Assembly: GCA_963662715.1 (NCBI GenBank)
Contig: OY759724.1
Coordinates: 3,300,001-3,332,000 of the forward strand
Direction of reading: 5' to 3'
DNA: 32,000 nt
From: Candidatus Omnitrophota bacterium
Lineage (GTDB): Bacteria > Omnitrophota > Gorgyraeia > Zapsychrales > JANLHA01
In this document: positions 23,714 through 32,000 of the stretch, one piece after another
How the letters are laid out: every line of letters begins with the position of its first letter
How positions within the stretch are numbered: position 1 is the stretch's first letter
The notes under the pieces: model-generated
The model's input: the letters and a program-made list of their open reading frames with translations, nothing else
The model's database searches: none
What the model was told of the DNA's origin: nothing
Made by a program: the position numbers and the translations under genes

Positions 23714-25237
23714 CTATTCTTCTTTACCTTCTTCCTCTCCGGCGCCTTCCCCGTCTTCTAACACATCCTCCGCCGCCGGGATCTCTTCTTCATCATCAGC
23801 CCATTCCAGCTTAAAGGCAATCTCAAAAGCCGCCACATCCTTCCCCCGTTCCTTTTTGGCCGATGTCGATCTTGTCTTAACATTCTTGAACAACTCCGAT
23901 TCTTCAAGCGCCGTAACGAAATTGAAAACCCGGGACATCGTTTCGGAAACACCGGTGATCTCAACGCTGCCGTTTTCTGTCATGCTGATGGACTGGAGAT
24001 AAATTTCATCCGGGATAAGTTTATACAGGGTCGTCACAACTTCCAATCCGACCATACGGCTTTGCAAGTACCCCTTCATGATACGGGTCTTTTGCGCTTT
24101 ACGGTCAAGCGCCAGGACTTTCTTCCGTTTTTCCTGATAGTCTGTCCGCAGGCGTTCAAGGTAGAGGTTATTGAAATGTTCCTTGCTGACGAAGATAAAA
24201 GCAAAAATAATAAAAATGAGAAAAGCTAATATTCCCGTCTTAATGACCTGCCGGCCTTTTTCTTCGATGACCCGCTGGGTTTTAATTTCCTCCGGCGTCA
24301 GGTCAACCTTCATTTGCTCAAGGCTCCATCCGCAGCCGATTATAGTGAAGAAGGAATCGTCGTTGTACTCCGAAACAAGCTTCATCATCTCCGGCTGCCC
24401 CGCCTGGATGATATCCAGATAAGGCATCATCTTAATGTTGGCTTTCAGTTTTTCCTGCAGAAGCGGCTGCATCTCTTTCAGCGTGGCGTCATCGCTCGTT
24501 ATAATAAACGTTTCCGGAAGGCGGTTAATATCCTCGTTCTGATAAGCTTCAACGGATTGACTTAACTCCATCAACAATTTGTCCCGCGCCTCGGCCCCTT
24601 CCTTAAGGAGGTGCGACAGACCGATAGGGATATGCCGGTACATAGCTACGGTTTTATTGGATTCGATCAGGAAAGACGTGTACGGGTTGGCCACATCAAT
24701 GATCCCCAGGGGGATATCATCCTCTTTGAGGTTCATGGCTTTGGCATAAAAATGAGCCATGCCTTCCGGGGCGAAAAGGACCTTATCCACCTTAATACCC
24801 GCTTCATCAAGCACTTCCAGTTGTTTCTTCACGACGTTCCGGTTGACAAGAATCAACAGGACCTTGGTGTAATTACGCTGGAAAACGCCGATCTTAATAT
24901 AGCCGACGAGGATCTCCTCTCGGGAGAAAGGCGTGTGCCGTCCGGCCTGCAGCTCGATAATGGACTGTATTTCCTCGGCATCCAAAGAAGGGATTTCGAT
25001 GTTTTTTGTGATCACCTGGCTGGGAGGAAGAGTACAGATGGCCGGCGTCTTTTTGATATGGATATCCGCCAGGCAAGAATGGATTGTTTTGGCCAGCTCT
25101 TCTTCGGGGAGATCCCGCAGGTCCCCTTTGGTCACGTGAAGAAGTCTTTTATCAGACTCCTTGCCCCTGATCTGAGCGACCTTGATGGAGACATCATCCA
25201 GACTGACGATAACGGTTTCTTTATCTTTGCTAAACAT
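23714..25237 (-). CDS. GspL-like protein (PilM-like cytoplasmic domain, TM, then PilN-like periplasmic domain)
   Basis: 507 aa. It has an actin-like PilM pattern at the N-terminus, a single TM (GILAFLIFIIFAFIFV) near aa 335 and a PilN-like coiled coil plus alpha/beta domain. The tail is acidic. It sits between the gspK and gspM-like genes. Confidence 0.65.
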   Translation of the reverse strand: MFSKDKETVIVSLDDVSIKVAQIRGKESDKRLLHVTKGDLRDLPEEELAKTIHSCLADIHIKKTPAICTLPPSQVITKNIEIPSLDAEEIQSIIELQAGRHTPFSREEILVGYIKIGVFQRNYTKVLLILVNRNVVKKQLEVLDEAGIKVDKVLFAPEGMAHFYAKAMNLKEDDIPLGIIDVANPYTSFLIESNKTVAMYRHIPIGLSHLLKEGAEARDKLLMELSQSVEAYQNEDINRLPETFIITSDDATLKEMQPLLQEKLKANIKMMPYLDIIQAGQPEMMKLVSEYNDDSFFTIIGCGWSLEQMKVDLTPEEIKTQRVIEEKGRQVIKTGILAFLIFIIFAFIFVSKEHFNNLYLERLRTDYQEKRKKVLALDRKAQKTRIMKGYLQSRMVGLEVVTTLYKLIPDEIYLQSISMTENGSVEITGVSETMSRVFNFVTALEESELFKNVKTRSTSAKKERGKDVAAFEIAFKLEWADDEEEIPAAEDVLEDGEGAGEEEGKEE

Positions 25238-25262
25238 AGATCATGAGCCTAATGTTAAAAAA

Positions 25263-26306
25263 TCATAATTCTTTCCAATAGACAATTTTTTGCTCCGGCG
25301 CGAAAAAAACGCAGGAAATGAGTTTTTTGCCCTTGGACGACGCTATAGTGGCGTAACTGTGAATACGGTAATAGTACGATTGTGTTCCCAGCCAGCCCTG
25401 GGCATTGAGTTCCTCGATAAGCTGAATATCCTCCTTTTCTATGGACTTCTGAGCCGCCATAAAAGACACGAGTTGGGGGAGATCAGGGAAGACCATATCA
25501 TCGGCCGTCCAGTCCATCCCGTCGACCCCTCTTCTTATAGCCAGAAAACGGCTCACAAAAACATCAGGGAATCCCAGCGACAGCAGGACAGGACGGGATG
25601 CGGTATTTATGTTCACCTTCCCGCTGCCGAAGACCGTCAGGTAAGGAAGGAGTTGCCCCGCCACTTCGGGAGTCCAGCCCCGAAGAAGAGCTAATTCGTG
25701 CGTGGTCTCAAAATTCGCCTTTTTCTCCGGGAAAGGGAACTCCAGGTTATCATAATACTCGTCACTGTAGAACCCGACGATTTCACTGTCGCCGTACTTG
25801 CGCCAGTCAATAACGGCCTGAGCCAGATCGTTAGCATCCTCCTCATCCATAGACAAAACAGTCTGGATCAGCTTTGTCAGGACATCTTCATCGGCCTTGT
25901 TGATATTGATTCTTCTTTCCTCATCGGTAAAGCCGTATAAGACCCGTGCCCGGCCGGCCGCGGACTCTTCCTCTGAGCGGTATTTCAACTCAAAAGAGCC
26001 CGGCCCCCGGGAAGCATCCTTGAAGACAGCCGGGTTATTCATCCACTGAATTCTCCGGACAGCAGGAGGCGTCCGGGTCCCCGCTTTATTCTTATGGGCT
26101 TCATAAAAAATATACATCGCCTTGGCGACTCCTGATTTAGCCAGCCAATAAAGGTCCTGGCGCTGTTCCAGCCGTGAAACGAGCGTCATCTTTTGACGGA
26201 TCTGCGCCCCGAGGCTGACGGTCAGAAAGCCCAGCAGGCCCAACGCCCATATGGCCAGAATAAGAATCGTCCCTTCTTTTTTCTGCAGCTTACGCATGTT
26301 CATCAA
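25263..26306 (-). CDS. gspK: Type II secretion minor pseudopilin GspK
   Basis: 347 aa. The N-terminal hydrophobic helix follows KKEG (GTILILAIWALGLLGFL) and lacks Glu+5, as is typical for GspK. It has a helix-hairpin-helix-like VNINTASRPVLLSL. Its start overlaps the upstream gene (ATGA). Confidence 0.8.
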   Translation of the reverse strand: MMNMRKLQKKEGTILILAIWALGLLGFLTVSLGAQIRQKMTLVSRLEQRQDLYWLAKSGVAKAMYIFYEAHKNKAGTRTPPAVRRIQWMNNPAVFKDASRGPGSFELKYRSEEESAAGRARVLYGFTDEERRININKADEDVLTKLIQTVLSMDEEDANDLAQAVIDWRKYGDSEIVGFYSDEYYDNLEFPFPEKKANFETTHELALLRGWTPEVAGQLLPYLTVFGSGKVNINTASRPVLLSLGFPDVFVSRFLAIRRGVDGMDWTADDMVFPDLPQLVSFMAAQKSIEKEDIQLIEELNAQGWLGTQSYYYRIHSYATIASSKGKKLISCVFFAPEQKIVYWKEL

Positions 26307-26929
26307 CCCGCAATAGGCAGATCCAGTAAACGTGTTAATGTTCTTGTATCCCCGTTCCGTTCCCGGACCTGTATTTCAACAAGCACGGCAACCGGCAAAA
26401 CATGATCGAGCTCTTTCTTCCAGATATAATCCTGTCCGTCAGGGACAAGATAGGACAATTTCAGCGCCTGAACCGGGGAGACCACAACGCGCTGGGTCCC
26501 GAATTCCGATTTTAAGGCCTGGCTGTAATTCGCCTGTTTGCGGATAACCGCATGACTCGCCTTGTCATATAAGTATTCAACTTTTCCGATCTGGTCAACA
26601 TAGCGGACAGAGTGCTCGGATATCTTCTTGTCCTGCGGGACACGCACCAAGGTCGGGATGGAAAGCCGGGTTTCTTCCCCTTCAAAATTAAACTGAGAAA
26701 AAGCAAAAGCATTACGCAGGTCAACGCCTATTTTATCCAGGAAAACAATGGCATCCTCCTCAAGGGTAAAATGCCGGCTCAACTCCCACAATTTAAGGCT
26801 GTTGACAACAGACCGGTTAACGGCCAGCCCGATCATGGCCAGGATTGAAATGACAAGAGTCATTTCAATGACGGTAAAGGACCTGAGCGAACGCCTGTTT
26901 TCCGATATTTTATCGCGGTGAATTCTCAT
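26303..26929 (-). CDS. GspJ-like minor pseudopilin
   Basis: The start is taken at ATG 26929 (the listed ORF begins at TTG 26944). The prepilin-like N-terminus is RRSLRS/FTVIEMTLVISILAMIGLAV, with Glu at +5 but Ser instead of Gly at -1. Size and position match GspJ. Confidence 0.6.
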   Translation of the reverse strand: MRIHRDKISENRRSLRSFTVIEMTLVISILAMIGLAVNRSVVNSLKLWELSRHFTLEEDAIVFLDKIGVDLRNAFAFSQFNFEGEETRLSIPTLVRVPQDKKISEHSVRYVDQIGKVEYLYDKASHAVIRKQANYSQALKSEFGTQRVVVSPVQALKLSYLVPDGQDYIWKKELDHVLPVAVLVEIQVRERNGDTRTLTRLLDLPIAG

Positions 26930-26940
26930 GACACCATCCG

Positions 26941-27375
26941 TCAAAAATAAGACAAGTACGCTGACCGGCTGAGCCTGGCCGTCCGGCTGCGTTCCGGCCA
27001 GGAAAGGGTCATCTCCATCTCATAAAAATCTTTTTCCGTGTTGAGCGGTTTCATGCTCACCGAAAGCCGGAACGGAATCAGTCGCTTGTTTAATCTGACC
27101 GCATGCACGGACCCGTTTAAGTCCTTGGGGAGAGCGGCCCCGCTCTTAAAAAGGTATTGTATACGGGTAGCCTGATGATCAAGATAATTCTTGGCAAACA
27201 ACCGGTTCGTTAAATGCTGCTGATAATCAAAAGACAGCAGCATCGCCTTGTGGATCATCACGAGGCCGAGGGAGAAAACGACAACGGTGACCATAACTTC
27301 GAAGAAGGTAAACCCCCGCCTCTTCAGACAACGCAGCTCCCCGGCGCTATCTTCATTCCCAGTTAACGATATCAT
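26941..27375 (-). CDS. GspI-like minor pseudopilin
   Basis: The start is taken at ATG 27375; the listed ORF start at 27489 would overlap gspG by 137 nt. The prepilin motif is KRRGF/TFFEVMVTVVVFSLGLV with Glu+5. The short beta-rich C-terminus (EMEMTLSWPERSRTARLS) resembles GspI. Confidence 0.55.
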   Translation of the reverse strand: MISLTGNEDSAGELRCLKRRGFTFFEVMVTVVVFSLGLVMIHKAMLLSFDYQQHLTNRLFAKNYLDHQATRIQYLFKSGAALPKDLNGSVHAVRLNKRLIPFRLSVSMKPLNTEKDFYEMEMTLSWPERSRTARLSRSAYLSYF

Positions 27376-27796
27376 CCTCGTCCGTATTTTCATCCTTCCC
27401 CTTTGAATAAAGGTCATAATCCATGCGATGATCCCCGGGAGAGCGATACTCGTATACCTGCCCCCAGGGATCAACGGGCCTTTTTTCAATATAAGGACCG
27501 TTCCAGTTCGTCGGGACCGGACTGCTCGTCGGCTGCTTCAGCAGGGCTTCCAGGCCCTGGCTGGTCGTCGGGAAATGGCCATTATCCAGCTCGTACAATT
27601 TCAAAGCTGTCGCTAAATTGGTCTCTATATCCGCCTTGGCCACGGCCTTTTTCGCTTGCTCTGAACGCCCGGTTAACCGGGGGACAACCATGGCGGCCAG
27701 CGCCCCGATGATAACCACCACCATAATGATTTCCACCAGGGTAAAACCTGCCTCTCGGGATCTATAAGAATTTTTCCTGCAAGGCATTCCTTTCAT
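27353..27796 (-). CDS. gspG: Type II secretion major pseudopilin GspG
   Basis: The start is taken at ATG 27796 (GAGAGGTGA 7 nt upstream) rather than the listed 27886. The leader is MKGMPCRKNSYRSREAG/FTLVEIIMVVVIIGALAAMVVP. The following RSEQAKKAVAKADI...ALKLYELDNGHFPTTSQGLEAL...DPWGQVYEYRSPG..DYDLYSKGKD is the classic GspG core. Confidence 0.85.
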   Translation of the reverse strand: MKGMPCRKNSYRSREAGFTLVEIIMVVVIIGALAAMVVPRLTGRSEQAKKAVAKADIETNLATALKLYELDNGHFPTTSQGLEALLKQPTSSPVPTNWNGPYIEKRPVDPWGQVYEYRSPGDHRMDYDLYSKGKDENTDEDDIVNWE

Positions 27797-27840
27797 TTTC
27801 GTATCACCTCTCTCCCGTTGATTCATCATAATCTCTAAAA

Positions 27841-28701
27841 TTACCGCCCATCCATCATGGACGACTGTTTCATAAACGAGATCCATTTTCTTTCAAGGTC
27901 ATTCAAATCCTTGATCGTGCTGGGATACACGCGTTGAAGGGCGGACTCAAAATCCCGCCCGTCGCGTATCTGACGGCAAAGCCGGCCAAAGGCATCACTG
28001 CCGTGCTTTTTAATCAGGAACTCTACGATGGAAAGACTTTGAGCGTAAAAAACCGCAACCTTAAGAGGATCCGTTTCCTGCTGTATATCCCAGATCATCA
28101 GATGTTCCAAAGGGATATATTGATCCTGGGCAAGAAAAGACCGCATGATTTTAAATGCTGATTCACTTTTGCCGGCCTCATAGAGCTGCGCGATCCCTTC
28201 GTCAAACCACATCGGGATACGCTCCGTGTCCGGGATGAAATCATGCAGTATTAAATGACCGATCTCATGAGGCAAAAGCCCGTCAAAGAATTCCTGGTCC
28301 TGCCGATACGTCACGATGACCCTCCCCAGCAGAGTATAGGAGTCTTTGTTGACATACCCGGTGGACCATTCAGGCTGTCCGGTCTGCTCGGAGAAAGTCT
28401 TCCGGTCCGGGAACAGATAAATGTTGACCCGCTGCTCCCAGGTCCAGAAATTACCGTAACGGGTAAACCCGATCTTAGCTCCGATGTTCTGATAGTAACG
28501 TTCCGCCTCCCGGAGGATCCGCTGGGCTGTTTTTTTATCTTTCGTTTCCTGGAAATGCACAACAAAATGCTTGTCTTTTAACTGCTGCCAGTCTTCTTCC
28601 TGAAAAACATTTTGGAGGCGAGGTTCTCCATAAACTGTCCCCGGAGAAAGGACCAGCACCTGCCAAAGAACAAAGATATGAATCATTTTTCTGCGCACCA
28701 T
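27841..28701 (-). CDS. Secreted zinc metallopeptidase (HExxH...E, peptidase MA-like) embedded in the T2SS operon
   Basis: 286 aa with a signal peptide (MIHIFVLWQVLVLSPGTVYG), HEIGHLILHD and a downstream WFDEGIAQLYE. AAGGA lies 5 nt upstream of the ATG, and the gene starts 17 nt after the gspF stop. Confidence 0.65.
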   Translation of the reverse strand: MVRRKMIHIFVLWQVLVLSPGTVYGEPRLQNVFQEEDWQQLKDKHFVVHFQETKDKKTAQRILREAERYYQNIGAKIGFTRYGNFWTWEQRVNIYLFPDRKTFSEQTGQPEWSTGYVNKDSYTLLGRVIVTYRQDQEFFDGLLPHEIGHLILHDFIPDTERIPMWFDEGIAQLYEAGKSESAFKIMRSFLAQDQYIPLEHLMIWDIQQETDPLKVAVFYAQSLSIVEFLIKKHGSDAFGRLCRQIRDGRDFESALQRVYPSTIKDLNDLERKWISFMKQSSMMDGR

Positions 28702-28718
28702 AATCGTCCTTGGAAATT

Positions 28719-29930
28719 CTATCCGGCAAAAACATCCAGCTGAAAAATGGGTAATAACATCGCGATAACAATAAACCCGATAACAGCCCCGATAATAACA
28801 ATCATAAGCGGTTCCAGCATTGTCGTCATGATCTTAATCTTTTCATTCGTCTCCTGCTCATAATTTTCTGCGATATCCAGCAAAGTTTCCCCTAACAGCC
28901 CTGATTCCTCTCCCACACTAATAAGATGACTGACCATTTCAGGGATCATCGGGGATTCCCCCAGAATTTCCCCAAAAGACCGCCCGGCCACCAACTCTTC
29001 CTGACACGTTTTAAGGTGATCCTGAAGGATAGAATTGCCGGTCACCGGGATGGACAGTTGAAAAGCCCTGACGACAGGGACTCCGCTCTGAATAAGTAAA
29101 CGCAAGGCCCTGGCAAAACGGGCTATCTCAAGTTTCAGCAGAAAGTCCCCCCAAAAGGGAGTTGCCAGACTCAATTGATTAAGGAATAACCGTCCCGCGG
29201 AGGTTCTCGCCCACTGCTTCAACAGGGCCGTCAGAACAATGACCGCCACCCCGCAGAAAAATCCGTACTGCAGCAAGAAATCACTCATATTCATAACCAT
29301 CAGGGTCGGCGCCGGGAGGGTTTGGTTAAAATTCTCATATAACGCCGTTATTTTCGGCATCACGTACGTTAAGGTGAAAATGATGGACGCGATACCAAAA
29401 ACAAGCATAAAAAGAGGGTACGCAAGCGCAGACCGCACTTTTGATAGGATCTCTTCCTGCTGTTTCTGATATTCCGTGATACTCAGCAAAGACTCCTTCA
29501 AACGGCCGCTTTCTTCCCCGGCCTTCACGAGAGTGACATATAACGGAGAAAATATTTTGGGATAATCCGCAAAGGATTCTGAAAGCGATTTACCTCCCCG
29601 CACCTTCGCCTGAATGGAATCGATGATAAAACGGGAATACGAATTCTTTGTCTGCTGGCTTAAGACTTCCAAGGCTCTTAAAATCGGGACCCCGGCCTTG
29701 ATTAAACTGACGAGCTGCTTGCTGAAAAGGTACCGCTCCTTTGAGCTGATCCGCCCGAAACGGTACGCCTTGCGGTCCGGCGCCGTTACCGGGGAGATTT
29801 CTTCAACGGAGACAGGAACGTAGCCCAGCTGATGGACCTTTTCAATAGCGTCTTCCCGGCTTTCCGCTGTCAGACGTCCGACGATTGTCTCAGCGTTTTG
29901 TTGTTTGGCTTTATAATGATATTGTGGCAT
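28719..29930 (-). CDS. gspF: Type II secretion inner-membrane platform protein GspF
   Basis: 403 aa with two T2SSF-type repeats (FSKQLVSLIKAGVPILRALEVL and FARALRLLIQSGVPVVRAFQL) and 3 TM segments. Confidence 0.88.
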   Translation of the reverse strand: MPQYHYKAKQQNAETIVGRLTAESREDAIEKVHQLGYVPVSVEEISPVTAPDRKAYRFGRISSKERYLFSKQLVSLIKAGVPILRALEVLSQQTKNSYSRFIIDSIQAKVRGGKSLSESFADYPKIFSPLYVTLVKAGEESGRLKESLLSITEYQKQQEEILSKVRSALAYPLFMLVFGIASIIFTLTYVMPKITALYENFNQTLPAPTLMVMNMSDFLLQYGFFCGVAVIVLTALLKQWARTSAGRLFLNQLSLATPFWGDFLLKLEIARFARALRLLIQSGVPVVRAFQLSIPVTGNSILQDHLKTCQEELVAGRSFGEILGESPMIPEMVSHLISVGEESGLLGETLLDIAENYEQETNEKIKIMTTMLEPLMIVIIGAVIGFIVIAMLLPIFQLDVFAG

Positions 29931-29964
29931 AAGCTTCCCTGATCATGATGTCCGGTGAAATTGT

Positions 29965-32000
29965 TTAACTTTCCTGGTTTTGCTGCTTCCCTTTTTTCCG
30001 TTGTTCCCGGACAAAATGATTAATATGAACACGGTCGGCGCTCGAAATATCCAGATAATAAACGACAATGTTAAACATCGCTGAAAGGTTGTCGTCTTCA
30101 ACACGGCAAACCCGGGCCAGACAATTGACCCGTTTTTCCGCTCCCGGCAATTGGATGCGAAGGTCAACGATAGCCCCGACCGGGAGCGTGTAGCCGGAGA
30201 CGAAACGCAGTCCTCCGGCACTGATGTCGCGCGTCACAGAAGCGTGCTCGACCTGGTCATAAAACAATTTCAACGGGTTTTTCGGATCCTGCCGTACGAT
30301 CGAGTACCGTATGCTGACCTTCTCCTCGGCCCGGTCATAAGCGCGTGAATTGTAGTCATCCTTGACCGAAAGGATTTCCTTGTTGATGACCCGGACATTT
30401 TCCGGGTTTTTGTTTAACCCTGTGACGATCAGGCCCTGCGACAAAGCCGGAGCTTCTTCACCTTGACTGAGATCATCTTTCACCGTAACGTTAATGACTT
30501 CGCCGGGGGTCGTAATCCCGGCCAGGACTTTTTGCCACCCATTCTGTCTCAATGTCGTCATACCCCGTTTAACGGCCAGCCGTTTAATCTGATCTGCACG
30601 CTGTTTCTCCAGGATGGCGCCACGGATATCTTCATCAATAACCAGAATCTCATAAAGAGCCGTGCGGCCGTAATACCCTGTCTGATGACAGAAATCGCAT
30701 CCCCGTCCCTGAAAAATTTTTATGTGACGCGGGTCCGTGATCCCCAGGGAAGCAGCCATCTCCTGCCTAATCTCCTGGGGCTGACTCAAATCTTCTTTTT
30801 TGCATTGAGGACAGATCGTCCGCACAAGCCGCTGCGCTATAAAAGCCTCTATGCTGGAAGACACCAGAAACGGCTCCATCCCCATTTCTATAAGCCGGGT
30901 GATTCCGCTGGAGGCATCATTGGTATGCAGGGTCGAAAAAACCAAATGTCCTGTTAAAGCCGTACGGATCGCGATTTCCGCTGTTTCAAGATCCCTGATC
31001 TCCCCGACCATGATAATGTCCGGATCATGCCGCAAAACACTTCTCAATCCCGTGGCAAAATCGAACTCCACCCGGGGATTGATTTGAATTTGCGTAATCC
31101 CCTCCATCTCATATTCCAGGGGATCCTCCAGTGTCACGATCTTTCTGTCGGGGGAATTGATCTCATGAAGACAGGCATAAAGCGTCGTTGTTTTTCCGCT
31201 GCCGGTCGGGCCGGTCACTAAAATGATCCCGTGCGGCCGTTTGACCAGATCACGGAAGACATCCAGGTTTTTCTGATCCAGCCCCAATTTCTCAAGGCTT
31301 AACAACATAACATTCGTGGGAAGAATACGGATCACCATACTTTCGCCATGAGAAGTCGGGATCGTGGAAATACGAAGATCCAGGGTCTGTTCTTTGGTTC
31401 TAACGACCGCGCTGCCGTCCTGAGGAAGCCGTTTTTCAACAATACTGAGGTTGGCGATGATTTTAATTCTGGATATGATGGACGGCAGAAAACCTTTAAC
31501 CGCCTGAGGAATATTGGCGTCGAGCAAACGTCCGTCTATGCGGTAACGCACCCGGACAATATTCCGGTAAGGCTCAATATGAATATCGGTCGCCCTTTTC
31601 TTATGGGCTTCCAGGAGAATCTGGTTAACTAATCTTGTTATCGTAACTTCATCGGCACCTTCGTCCAGATCCTCAACCGCTGTTTCCGCCTGTCTTGAAG
31701 GGGCCGATTCCCTGGACAACCGCTCAAGAGTATCAGCCGCCAGGCCGTAATATTTATTCAGAGCGTTCATAACATCAGCTTCCCTGGCAAGAACGATTTT
31801 CGGCTCCAAGGACAAATGCACCCGGATTTCATCCTGGGATTTGACATTCAGAGGATTGGCACAAGCCAAAAGAACGCTTTTGTCCGTTATCTTAACGGGC
31901 ATAAACTTGTAATACCAGGCGAACCGGACAGGAACCCGGGTCAGGACCGTTTGATCGACAGGATAACTCTGCAGGGAAATAATTTCAAGCTGATACAAAT
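29965..32000 (-). CDS. gspE: Type II secretion ATPase GspE with a C-terminal PilZ domain; the 5' end is probably just beyond the window
   Basis: It has a T2SSE N-terminal domain (LLACANPLNVKSQDEIRVHL), Walker A (GPTGSGKTTT), Walker B/Asp box (DPDIIMVGEIRD), a His box (TGHLVFSTLHTN) and a tetracysteine (CPQC...CDFC). About 120 extra C-terminal residues carry RAYDR (30331-30345) and DISAGG (30211-30228), the PilZ RxxxR and D/NxSxxG motifs. The listed start at 31998 is a TTG three bases from the window edge. Confidence 0.85.
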   Translation of the reverse strand, partial: LYQLEIISLQSYPVDQTVLTRVPVRFAWYYKFMPVKITDKSVLLACANPLNVKSQDEIRVHLSLEPKIVLAREADVMNALNKYYGLAADTLERLSRESAPSRQAETAVEDLDEGADEVTITRLVNQILLEAHKKRATDIHIEPYRNIVRVRYRIDGRLLDANIPQAVKGFLPSIISRIKIIANLSIVEKRLPQDGSAVVRTKEQTLDLRISTIPTSHGESMVIRILPTNVMLLSLEKLGLDQKNLDVFRDLVKRPHGIILVTGPTGSGKTTTLYACLHEINSPDRKIVTLEDPLEYEMEGITQIQINPRVEFDFATGLRSVLRHDPDIIMVGEIRDLETAEIAIRTALTGHLVFSTLHTNDASSGITRLIEMGMEPFLVSSSIEAFIAQRLVRTICPQCKKEDLSQPQEIRQEMAASLGITDPRHIKIFQGRGCDFCHQTGYYGRTALYEILVIDEDIRGAILEKQRADQIKRLAVKRGMTTLRQNGWQKVLAGITTPGEVINVTVKDDLSQGEEAPALSQGLIVTGLNKNPENVRVINKEILSVKDDYNSRAYDRAEEKVSIRYSIVRQDPKNPLKLFYDQVEHASVTRDISAGGLRFVSGYTLPVGAIVDLRIQLPGAEKRVNCLARVCRVEDDNLSAMFNIVVYYLDISSADRVHINHFVREQRKKGKQQNQES

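Noticed and set aside
27376-27886. N-terminal extensions of the gspG and gspI-like ORFs as listed (starts 27886 and 27489)
   Set aside because: They would create long overlaps with the upstream genes and prepilin leaders of 47-60 aa. Internal ATGs at 27796 (with an SD) and 27375 give leaders of 17-21 aa.

Overview
Bacterial chromosomal window, almost fully coding and mostly minus-strand. The taxon cannot be assigned from sequence alone. All family names come from motif recognition by eye, since no database search was possible.

Layout, left to right:
1. 1-3800 (-): the 5' part of a giant secreted Rhs/teneurin-like protein. It is absent from the ORF track because it has no stop in the window. 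It contains five near-identical 411-bp tandem repeats.
2. 3801-8443: an AT-rich spacer and an AT-rich sulfotransferase gene, then transaldolase and a split transketolase. Each of three intergenic gaps carries a copy of a GTTGCCCTGTCCC motif.
3. 8629-8702 (-): tRNA-Lys(CTT).
4. 8946-12755: an nhaD-type antiporter gene cut cleanly in two by a 2569-bp mobile element (9421-11989). The element has 17-bp inverted repeats (14/17) and a 5-bp target duplication (ACACC). It carries an IS1182-like transposase plus cargo: an orphan Rhs C-terminal toxin tip and a translationally coupled 4-TM immunity-like gene.
5. 12777-18782: a CaCA antiporter, a small hypothetical, a Yip1-domain membrane protein, a trypsin-like protease and an STT3-type oligosaccharyltransferase homologue with a non-canonical WWPPG motif.
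6. 18798-20330 (-): an AT-rich membrane-anchored coiled-coil gene.
7. 20545-32000 (-): a type II secretion operon in canonical E-F-G-I-J-K-L-M order with unusual additions. GspE has a C-terminal PilZ domain, a secreted HExxH peptidase gene sits between gspF and gspG, and the GspM/PilO-like protein carries a ~450-aa Gly/Ser/Glu/Asp-rich disordered insert. A TPR protein follows.

No rRNA, CRISPR array, integrase or reverse transcriptase was seen.

Best candidates for something new are the IS-borne Rhs toxin/immunity cassette and the decorated, probably c-di-GMP-responsive T2SS.
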